The notes under the pieces are model-generated. The model did no database searches and was not told the DNA's origin. It saw only the letters and a list, made by a program, of their open reading frames with translations. This document shows positions 35,255 to 45,313 of a stretch of 55,299 nt of DNA, piece after piece. Each line of letters starts with the position of its first letter. The stretch's first letter is position 1. The position numbers were made by a program, and so were the translations under genes. Source of the stretch: Anaeramoeba ignava BMAN (Eukaryota; Protista; Anaeramoebae); NCBI GenBank assembly GCA_028826165.1, contig JAPDFW010000043.1, forward strand, positions 1 to 55,299, in the 5' to 3' direction.

Positions 35255-35916
35255 CTTCTTTTTCCAATCTTGAAGAAGATTTGATAAAATTATTTAGAAG
35301 AAAAGAATTTTGTAATATTTCATTTAAAACAGAAAATGGAGAAATAATTGAAGCTCATAAATTAATATTGAAATATAGATTAAATCAAAATCAAAATCAA
35401 AATGAAATTGAAAAACTTCAAGAAATTATTTCAAAAAAATCAATTAAAGAATCAAATCAAATATTTGAAATGATTTATTCAAACAATTCCAAAATAAATC
35501 CAAAATTATATTCTGAAATTAAAGAAATTATAAATTCAAATGAAAAAATTGAAGAAACAATGAAAAGAATTTATTTAAATGAAAATGAAAAAGATTTTAT
35601 AATTGAAAGAAAAGAAAAACAATATAAATTTCCTAAATTAATATTAATAATGAGAAGTGAATTATATCGAGGAATGTTTTTATCTGTAACAGAAGATAAA
35701 TCTAATAAAGTTACAGATTATAGTGAATTAAGTAATAAATCATTTCAAATATTTGAATATTGGATTTATTCAAATCAAATTAAAGATGAAATTAAAATTA
35801 CAAAAGAAATAATTAATGAAATTCAAATTGGAATTGATTATTTTCAATTAAATCAAACAAATCCAAATTTATTTGATTTATTAATTAACAAATTTAATAA
35901 TCAAAATCAAAATTAA
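35255..35916 (+). pseudogene. BTB-only 3' fragment of the RCC1-BTB family (no ATG)
   Basis: Begins abruptly at the SSFSNLEEDLIKLF codons and continues to the normal family stop. Confidence 0.8.
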
Positions 35917-36042
35917 AAATTAAAATTAAATTTAAAATTAAAATTAAAATTAAAATTAAAATTAAAATTAAAATTAAAATTAAAATCAAAAAAATTTTTT
36001 TAATTTTTCAATTTTCATTTTTTCATTTTTTTCTTTTTAAAA

Positions 36043-37833
36043 ATGAATGAAGTTTTATTTTTTGGTTATAATCAATATCCAAAACTTTTCGAAAACGAAT
36101 CAACTAAAATAACAAAACCAATTCAATTTAAATTTAAATTTGAAAATGAAAATGAAAATGAAAAACAAATTAAACAAATTTCAACAAGTTATTATTCAAT
36201 AATTTTCCTTTTTAAAAATGGAAAAGCAATAGAATATTTAAGTAAAAATAATTCAAAACAAAATCCTGAAAAAATCCAAATTGAAGAAAATATTCAAAAA
36301 GTAACTGTTGGTTGGGAGAATGAAGCTATTTTAACAATAGAAGGAAATGTATTAGCCAAAAGAAGAAATATTAATCCAGAAAATCCAAATGAATTTATCA
36401 ATATTTCAACATTAATTGAAGATACAAATGATAGAATAATTCAAGATATTGTTTCTGGATACAGTTCAATTTACTTATTAACTTCAAATCAAAATGCTTA
36501 TGGAATTGGTTCAAATCGATATGGTCAATTTGGTTTTGATTCTAAAACACTTAAAGAAACAGAAAAACCAATTTTAATGATGAAAAATGTTTCTAAAATA
36601 TTTTCAGGAAATTCTTCAAATCATGTTTTTCTTTTAAATTCAAATCAAGAATTATTTGGATGTGGTGATAATGAACAAGGTCAACTTGGATTAGGAGAAT
36701 CAAGAAAACAAGAAACAAAAATCGATAAATTAACCAAAATCCAAAATATTCCAAAAGGTAAAATAATTGATATTAAATGTGGATATGTTCATTCAGTAAT
36801 GTTGATTGAAAATCAAAATCAAAATCCAAAAAGAAAACTTTATTCATGTGGACATTATCGATATAATGGACTTGGCAAAAGTGAAGATGAAAATACTTAT
36901 GAATTTACTGAAATCAAATCATCTTTATTTGAAAATGATGATAATTATATTCGAGAAATTTCTTGTGGGATATTTCATAATTTGATTTTAACTTCCAATG
37001 AAAAGATGATAGTGTTTGGAAGTAATTTTTATGGTGAATTAGGAAATGGAAATACAAATGAACAATCAATCCCTATTCAAATTGAACTTCCTAAATTAAG
37101 ATTTAATGAAAATATTTCTAATTATCATATTTCTTGTGGATATTACAATTCATTTCTTTATTATTCTTCTCCTTCTTTTTCCAATCTTGAAGAAGATTTG
37201 ATAAAATTATTTGAAAGAAAAGAATTTTGTAATATTTCATTTAAAACAGAAAATGGAGAAATAATCAAAGCTCATAAATTAATATTGAAATATAGATTAA
37301 ATCAAAATCAAAATCAAAATGAAATTGAAAAACTTCAAGAAATTATTTCAAAAAAATCAATTAAAGAATCAAATCAAATATTTGAAATGATTTATTCAAA
37401 CAGAATAATAAATCCAATATTGTATTCTGAAATTAAAGAAATTATAAATTCAAATGAAAAAATTGAAGAAACAATGAAAAGAATTTATTTAAATGAAAAT
37501 GAAAATGAAAATGAAAATGAAAAAGATTTTATTATTGAAAGAAAAGAAAAACAATATAAATTTCCAAAATTAATATTAATAATGAGAAGTGAATTATATC
37601 GAGGAATGTTTTTATCTGTAACAAATGATACTTCAAATAAAGTTACAGATTATAGTGAATTAAGTAATAAATCATTTCAAATATTAGAATATTGGATTTA
37701 TTCAAATCAAATTAAAGAAGGAATTGAAATTACACAAGAAATTATTGATGAAATTCAAACTGGAATTGATTATTTTCAATTAAATCAAACAAATCCAAAT
37801 TTATTTGATTTATTAATTAAAAATCAAAATTAA
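36043..37833 (+). CDS. RCC1 + BTB protein, paralog 5
   Basis: 596-aa ORF, same architecture. Confidence 0.9.
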   Translation: MNEVLFFGYNQYPKLFENESTKITKPIQFKFKFENENENEKQIKQISTSYYSIIFLFKNGKAIEYLSKNNSKQNPEKIQIEENIQKVTVGWENEAILTIEGNVLAKRRNINPENPNEFINISTLIEDTNDRIIQDIVSGYSSIYLLTSNQNAYGIGSNRYGQFGFDSKTLKETEKPILMMKNVSKIFSGNSSNHVFLLNSNQELFGCGDNEQGQLGLGESRKQETKIDKLTKIQNIPKGKIIDIKCGYVHSVMLIENQNQNPKRKLYSCGHYRYNGLGKSEDENTYEFTEIKSSLFENDDNYIREISCGIFHNLILTSNEKMIVFGSNFYGELGNGNTNEQSIPIQIELPKLRFNENISNYHISCGYYNSFLYYSSPSFSNLEEDLIKLFERKEFCNISFKTENGEIIKAHKLILKYRLNQNQNQNEIEKLQEIISKKSIKESNQIFEMIYSNRIINPILYSEIKEIINSNEKIEETMKRIYLNENENENENEKDFIIERKEKQYKFPKLILIMRSELYRGMFLSVTNDTSNKVTDYSELSNKSFQILEYWIYSNQIKEGIEITQEIIDEIQTGIDYFQLNQTNPNLFDLLIKNQN

Positions 37834-38315
37834 AATCAAAATTAAAAATTAAAATTAAAATTAAAAATTAAAATCAAAATCAAAATCAAAATCAAAATCA
37901 AAATTAAAATTAAAATCAAAATTTAAAATCAAAATTAAAATCAAAATTAAAATTAAAATTAAAATTAAAATTAAAATTAAAATTAAAATTAAAATTAAAA
38001 TCAAAAATTAAAATTAAAATTATAATTAAAATTAAAATCAAAATTAAAATTAAAATTAAAATTAAAATTAAAATTAAAATTAAAATTAAAATTAAAATTA
38101 AAATTAAATTTAAAATTAAAATTAAAATCAAAATTAAATTTAAAATTAAAATTAAAATTAAAATTAATATTAAAATTAAAATTAAAATTAAAATTAAAAT
38201 TAAAATTAAAATCAAAAACAAAAACAAAAACAATTAAAATTAAAATTAAAATTAAAATTAAAATTCAAAAAATCATTTTTTCATTTTTCATTTTTCATTT
38301 TTTTTTTTTGAATGA

Positions 38316-38897
38316 ATGAATACAGAAATTGCAGTTGAACTTTTAAAAGAACTTCAACGAACAACTGAACAATTACCGAAATATGATCAATCATTAGTAC
38401 AAAAAGTAATAGAAGAAACTAATCGGAAGCAAGAACAACTTCACGAAATGGTGAAGCAAAAAAAATACGAAGACACAATTTCGAAAACAAAACTCCACAT
38501 ATTAAATTATATGATAGAAAGAAACGAGCAAATCTTGACATCATATCATTTAGAAAGAGGGAAAAAACTGATTGAAATGAGATGGGATTTTGGATCAGTG
38601 ATTCCAAATCAAATTCGGGAAAATATCACTCAAAATGAGGAATCTTTTCATCATGAATATTGCCAAATATTAGAAGACTATATGAATTCGTTGGATCTTG
38701 ATTTGACTCAAGATCATCAACCGCCTTCTAATGATCTTTATATTGAAGTTCGTGTTCTTAAAGATTATGGTCAGATTTTTATTGATGGTGGTCAAAGTAT
38801 TGTTGAATTGAAAAAAAATTCTAGGTTGTTTTTGAGAAGAGTTGATGCTGAAAATTTAATTCGTGAAGGTGTTTTGGAACATATTATTTCTAATTAG
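38316..38897 (+). CDS. PSF1: GINS complex subunit Psf1
   Basis: A.ELLKEL, ERN...L.SYH..R, DLTQDHQPP..LYIEVRVLKDYG, LKKNS..FLRR.DAE.LIREGVLEHI. Confidence 0.93.
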   Translation: MNTEIAVELLKELQRTTEQLPKYDQSLVQKVIEETNRKQEQLHEMVKQKKYEDTISKTKLHILNYMIERNEQILTSYHLERGKKLIEMRWDFGSVIPNQIRENITQNEESFHHEYCQILEDYMNSLDLDLTQDHQPPSNDLYIEVRVLKDYGQIFIDGGQSIVELKKNSRLFLRRVDAENLIREGVLEHIISN

Positions 38898-38981
38898 TTT
38901 TTTTTTCTTTTTTTTTATTCGAAATAAAAATTTTTTTAAATTCATTTTTTCATTTTTTCATTTTTTCATTTATTTTTTAAA

Positions 38982-40562
38982 ATGAACAAAATTTATTCAA
39001 TGAAATGTGTTGCACAAAACTATGCTGTACAAAATCAAATTAAAATGAAAATTCATTTATAAAATTAAAATTCATTTACAAAATCAAAATTAAAATTAAA
39101 ATTCGTTTATAAAATTAAAATTCATTTATAAAATTAAAAATAAAATGAAAATTCATTTATAAAATTAAAATTCATTTATAAAATTAAAATTGATTTGAAT
39201 TTAAAATTAAAAATTAAAATTAAAATTAAAATTAAAATTCATTTATAAAATTGATTTGAATTTAAAATTGATTTGAATTTAAAATTTATTTGGATTTAGT
39301 GGGGAAAACAAGGCCAAGAAAGTTTAGTCGCAAAATTATGGTCATTAAATAATAATAAAGAAATTACAAACAACAAAGAACCATTCGCAGAATTTTGGAT
39401 GGGAGATCATCCAAATGGACCATCAAAAATTATGGATTCCAACTCAAAAGAAATTGAATTTGAAGAATGGATTGAAAAAAACAAAGAAAAAACAGGAGAA
39501 GAAATTTTGGAATTCAATGAATCAAGAAACAATCCAAAAAATCAGTTGCCATTTTTATTCAAAGTTTTATCAATTAACAAAACACTCTCTATTCAGGCAC
39601 ATCCTGATCGAGAACTTGCGCAAAAATTGCACAAAAATTACCCAGATATTTATAAGGATCCAAATCATAAGCCAGAACTGGCGATTGCGATTTCTGGATT
39701 GGAAGCAATTATGGGATTTAAACCATTGCAGCAAATCAATCAAAATATCCAAAATTTTAATTATTTGCAAAATGTTATTGATGGAAACGCTGCGAATCAA
39801 TTCAGCACAGTTATTAACGATCCAAATTCGGATGAGAATCAAAAATCACAAGTTTTGAAATTGGTTTTTTCTTCCCTTTTAAATTGTTCTGATGAAGTCA
39901 TCAAAAATCAATTGGAAAACATGAAGAAAGAAATTGAAAGTAAAATAGAAAAAGGAATTGAAATTTCGGATGAAGAAAAATTAGCAATTAAACTCAACAC
40001 ACAATTTCCAAACGATTCAGGCGCTTTTTTGGCGTTTTTTATGAACCATCTTTTTTTACAAAAAGGAGAATGTGTTTTTATCAAAGAAAATATTTGTCAT
40101 GCTTATATTTCAGGCGATATTATTGAATGCATGGCTCGTTCTGATAACGTTGTGAGAGCGGGTCTTACTCCCAAATTTCAAGACAAGAAAACTCTTATTG
40201 AAATGCTTGACTATTCTCCTTCTCAAAACTCAAAAATCCAAAAACCAAAGCAAATTGATTCTTTTGTTTCTTCTTTTGAACCTTCTTTTGAAGAATTTAT
40301 TGTTCACCAAATTTCTGTTCCTAAAAATCAACTTTATTCTTATCGTCAAAATCAAAATTTATCCATTTTACTTGTTCTTTTTGGATCGGCAAATATTTCT
40401 CTTTCTGAGAAAATTGATTCAAATCATGATCTTTCTTTTTTCAAAATTAAACAAGGTGATGTTTTTTTGATTCCTGCTAAAACTCAAATTAGTTTTCAAA
40501 CTGAACAAGAATCAATTACTTGTTATTCAGTTACTTTAGGAAATAAAGGAGAAAAAATTTAA
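38982..40562 (+). CDS. MPI: Mannose-6-phosphate isomerase (type I PMI); intron 39027-39299
   Basis: Spliced QNYA|WGK, AEFWMGDHP, LPFLFKVLS, LSIQAHPD, YKDPNHKPE, HAYISGD..ECMA.SDNVVRAGLTPKF. Confidence 0.96.
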
Positions 40563-40631
40563 AATAAAAAATAAATAAAAAAGCAAAAATATTTTTTTCA
40601 TTTTTTTCTTTTTTAAAACACAAAAAATAAA

Positions 40632-42482
40632 ATGAATAATAATAATAATCAAAATTCAAATTCAAATTCAAATTCAAATTCAAATTCAAATTCGAATGAA
40701 ACAGAAACTGAAACAGAAACAGAAACTGAAACAGAAACTGAAACTCAAACTGAAACTGAAAATGAAAATGAAATTAAAATGAAAAATTTAGAAAAAAAAG
40801 TAACAAAAAATTTAATTAAAGATTATTCAAACCTTTTAAATGGAAATTCATTTAAAGATTTTTCAATTTTTGTTGAGAATAAATCAAATCCTTTTGAAAT
40901 TAAAGTTCATAAATCAATTTTATCTTCAAGATCTCCTTTTTTTAATTCATTTTTAAAAGGGAAAAATCATATTGATAAGATTTCTTTAAATGAATTTAAT
41001 AAAAAAGAAATGGAATCAATTTTGAGTTATATTTATTATGGAAATATTTCTTTTGAGAATCAAGAAAATCTTATTCAATTATTGGAAATTTCAATTTATT
41101 TTAAATTATATTTATTGAAAGAAATTATTCAAAAAAAAATTCCAAATTCAATTAATTATTCAAATTTTTTCCAATTTTTATTCCAAAATCGAAATTTAAA
41201 TTCAAATGAAATTGAAATAAAATGTTTTGAATTAATAAATCAAAATTTTTCCCAAATTCAAAATAATGAGAATTTATTCAATTTAACTAAAGAAGAAATT
41301 ATCAAATTTATTCAATTTAAACAAGAAAAAAAAGAAATTTTTCAATTTGATTTTTTTCAATTTTTAAATAATTGGATTGAAAAAAGAAACGAAAGATTAA
41401 AATTAAAGAAATATGAATACAAAGAGAATGAAAAGAAAAGATTATTTCATTCTTTTTTTTCATTATTTGATAAAGATTCAATTTCAAAACAAGATTTTGA
41501 TAAATTAAATCAATTTGATTTTTTTCCTAAATCTTTTTTAGTTGATATTCAAAACAAAGTTATTCAAGACAATCAAAAAGAAATTGAAGATAAATTGAAA
41601 AAAGAGCTTGATGAAATGAAATTGGAAATGAATAAAAAAGATAAGAAAAATAAAGAAATGAAAAGGAAAATTGAAAAGAAATGGAAAAGAGAAATGAAAG
41701 ATAGTAAATTCGAAAATCAACAATTAAAACAAGAAGTTCAGCAGAAAAACAAAGAAATTGAATATAAATGGAAAAGAGAAATGGATCAAATGCATATTGA
41801 AATTGATGAGAAAAACAGGGAAAATGATCAAATAAAATCAGAAATTAAGGAAAAAAGTAAAGAAAACGAAATATTGAAATCAAAAATTGAGAGAAAAAAA
41901 AAGAAAATCAAAATGGTTACACATTTTCCTAAATTTTCAGATTCAAAAATTATTGAAGATATTAAGCATGCAAAGAAATTAAATGAATGGATAAATGATA
42001 ATGATTTTTATTCTAAAATGAAAAAAGGATTTTCAGCAAAAAGAGATGGATTTGATTGTAAAAAATGGCATTCAACAGTTGATAATAGAGGAAGAACATT
42101 AGTTATTATCAAAACAAAAGATAATTTTATTTTTGGAGGATTTACTCAAATTGGATTTATGACAGGAGATTCAAGATATATTAAAGACTCAAATGCATTT
42201 ATTTTTTCATTAAGAAATGATAAAGGGGATAGGAAACCAGAAAAGTTTACAACTGAAAAATGGAAAGAACAATATGCAATTTATTATAATCCAGCTAATG
42301 GTCCATTTTTTGGATATCCTGATTTTTATTTAAATTCTAATTTACAATCTGGTTATTCTCTTTTTGGTACTTATTATAATCTTCCTAAGGGAATTCAAAA
42401 AGGAACAAATGAAGCTAAAAGTTATTTAGCTGGTTCTTATGATAATTGGGTTGTTGATGAAGTTGAAACTTATTTCATTTAA
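40632..42482 (+). CDS. BTB - coiled coil - TLDc domain protein
   Basis: BTB motif DFSI...VHKSILSSRSPFF; Lys/Glu coiled coil; TLDc motif FSAKRDGF...IFGGFT...AFIFSL...GPFFG...EVETY. Confidence 0.9.
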   Translation: MNNNNNQNSNSNSNSNSNSNSNETETETETETETETETQTETENENEIKMKNLEKKVTKNLIKDYSNLLNGNSFKDFSIFVENKSNPFEIKVHKSILSSRSPFFNSFLKGKNHIDKISLNEFNKKEMESILSYIYYGNISFENQENLIQLLEISIYFKLYLLKEIIQKKIPNSINYSNFFQFLFQNRNLNSNEIEIKCFELINQNFSQIQNNENLFNLTKEEIIKFIQFKQEKKEIFQFDFFQFLNNWIEKRNERLKLKKYEYKENEKKRLFHSFFSLFDKDSISKQDFDKLNQFDFFPKSFLVDIQNKVIQDNQKEIEDKLKKELDEMKLEMNKKDKKNKEMKRKIEKKWKREMKDSKFENQQLKQEVQQKNKEIEYKWKREMDQMHIEIDEKNRENDQIKSEIKEKSKENEILKSKIERKKKKIKMVTHFPKFSDSKIIEDIKHAKKLNEWINDNDFYSKMKKGFSAKRDGFDCKKWHSTVDNRGRTLVIIKTKDNFIFGGFTQIGFMTGDSRYIKDSNAFIFSLRNDKGDRKPEKFTTEKWKEQYAIYYNPANGPFFGYPDFYLNSNLQSGYSLFGTYYNLPKGIQKGTNEAKSYLAGSYDNWVVDEVETYFI

Positions 42483-42627
42483 AAATTTTTTTTCAACTTT
42501 TTTTTCAAAATTTAATTCTATTTTAATTTACTTTCAATCAAATTAAATTCTTCAAATCAATAAAAAAGAAACAAATCTAGTTTTAAACAATTTAATTTTA
42601 ATTTAAAAATGTTATTAAAAAGTTGAT

Positions 42628-45170
42628 TAAAATATTTTTTTCATTTTATTTAAATATTTATAATAATTTTATTTAATTTTAAATAAATAAATATTAATAA
42701 AATCATAATTAAAATTAATTTTAAATTGAATTATTTATTATTCTTGATTTCAATTCAATTTTTTTCTTATTAAAATATTTTATTAATTTTATTTAAATAT
42801 TTATAATAATTTTATTTAATTTTAAATAAATAAATGTTAATAAAATCTTATTTTAAAATTAATTTTAAATTGAATTATTTATTATTCTTTATTTCAATTC
42901 AATTTTTCTTATTAAAATATTTTATTAATTTTATTTAATTATTTATAATAATTTTATTTAATTTTAAATAAATAAATGTTAATAAAATCTTATTTTAAAA
43001 TTAATTTTAAATTGAATTATTTATTATTCTTGATTTATTTTTAATTTTTAATTGAAATATTTTATTAATTTTATTTAAATATTTATAATAGTTTTATTTA
43101 ATTTCAAATAAATAAATATTAATAAAATCTTATTTTGAAATTGATTTTAAATTGAATTATTTATTATTCTTTATTTCAATTCAATTTTTCTTATTAAAAT
43201 ATTTTATTAAATTTATTTAATTATTTATAATAATTTTATTTAATTTCAAATAAATAAATATTAATGAAATCTTAATTTTTAAATTAATTTCAAATTGAAT
43301 TATTTATTATTCTTTATTTCAATTCAATTTTTCTTGTTAAAAATATTTTATTAAATTTATTTAATTATTTATAATAATTTTATTTAATTTTTAAATAAAT
43401 AAATGTTAATAAAATCTTATTTTAAAATTAATTTTAAATTGAATTATTTATTATTCTTGATTTATTTTTTTTAATTTTTTTAATTGAAATATTTTATTAA
43501 TTTTATTTAAATATTTATAATAGTTTTATTTAATTTTAAATAAATAAATATTAATAAAATCTTATTTTGAAATTGATTTTAAATTGAATTATTTATTATT
43601 CTTTATTTCAATTCAATTTTTCTTATTAAAATATTTTATTAATTTTATTTAAATATTTATAATAGTTTTAATTAATTTTAAATAAATAAATATTAATAAA
43701 ATCATATTTTAAATTAATTTTAAATTGAATTATTTATTATTCTTGATTTCAATTCAATTTTTTTCTTATTAAAATATTTTTATTAATTTTATTTAAATAT
43801 TTATAATAATTTTATTTAATTTTAAATAAATAAATGTTAATAAAATCTTATTTTTGAAATTAATTTTAAATTGAATTATTTATTATTCTTTTATTTCAAT
43901 TCAATTTTTCTGATTAAAATATTTTATTAATTTTATTTAAATATTTATAATAATTTTAATTAATTTTAAATAAATAAATATTAATAAAATCTTATTTTAA
44001 ATTAATTTTAAATTGAATTATTTATTATTCTTTATTTCAATTCAATTTTTCTTATTAAAAATATTTTATTAAATTTATTTAATTATTTATAATAATTTTA
44101 TTTAATTTTAAATAAATAAATATTAATAAAATCATATTTTAAATTGATTTTTAAATTGAATTATTTATTATTCTTTTATTTCAATTCAATTTTTCTTATT
44201 AAAATATTTTATTAATTTTATTTAATTATTTATAATAATTTTATTTAATTTCAAATAAATAAATATTAATGAAATCTTATTTTAAAATTAATTTCAAATT
44301 GAATTATTTATTATTCTTTATTTCAATTCAATTTTTCTTATTAAAATATTTTATTAAATTTATTTTAAATATTTATAATAATTTTATTTAATTTTAAATA
44401 AATAAATATTAATAAAATCATATTTTTGAAATTAATTTTTAAATTGAATTATTTATTATTCTTGATTTATTTATTTTTAATTTTTAATTAAAATATTTTA
44501 TTAATTTTATTTAATTATTTATAATAGTTTTATTTAATTTTAAATAAATAAATGTTAATAAAATCTTATTTTAAAATTAATTTTAAATTGAATTATTTAT
44601 TATTCTTTATTTCAATTCAATTTTTCTTATTAAAATATTTTATTAGTTTTATTTAATTATTTATAATAATTTTATTTAATTTTAAATAAATAAATATTAA
44701 TAAAATCTTATTTAAAATTAATTTTAAATTGAATTATTTATTATTCTTGATTTCAATTCAATTTTTCTTATTAAAATATTTTATTAATTTTATTTAAATA
44801 TTTATAATAATTTTATTTAATTTTAAATAAATAAATATTAATAAAATCTTATTTTAAAATTAATTTTAAATTGAATTATTTATTATTCTTTATTTATTTT
44901 TAATTTTCTTATTAAAATATTTTATTAAATTTATTTAAATATTTATAATAATTTTATTTAATTTTTAAATAAATAAATATTAATAAAATCTTATTTTAAA
45001 ATTAATTTCAAATTGAATTATTTATTATTCTTGATTTATTTTTTTTAATTTTTTAATTGAAATATTTTATTAATTTTATTTAAATATTTATAATAGTTTT
45101 ATTTAATTTTAAATAAATAAATGTTAATAAAATCTTATTTTAAAATTAATTTTAAATTGAATTATTTATT
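42628..45170. repeat. Tandem array of about 18 copies of a ~142-bp, almost purely AT satellite unit
   Basis: Unit starts (TAAAATATTTT) counted at about 42628, 42771, 42913, 43053, 43195 ... 44913, 45058. Conserved core AAATTGAATTATTTATTATTCTT. Confidence 0.95.
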
Positions 45171-45313
45171 TTATTTTTATTTTATTTGAAGGGATTTCCC
45201 CAGAGAAATCCTCCAGCTATTGCTGGTAAATTAATAAAAATAAAAATAAAATAAAATCCAAGAAGAATTCTCAACGATTATTTTTGATCTTGAAGATGAT
45301 TTACTCATTAAAC

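Noticed and set aside
17185-38233. ILILIL / NFNFNF / KIKIKI ORFs (17185, 17203, 18580, 18761, 24929, 29083, 37916)
   Set aside because: Translations of (TTTTAA)n microsatellites in introns and intergenic DNA.
42628-45170. CRISPR-like array next to a reverse transcriptase
   Set aside because: Units are contiguous near-copies with no unique spacers, there are no cas genes, and the RT is a LINE with its own TSD.
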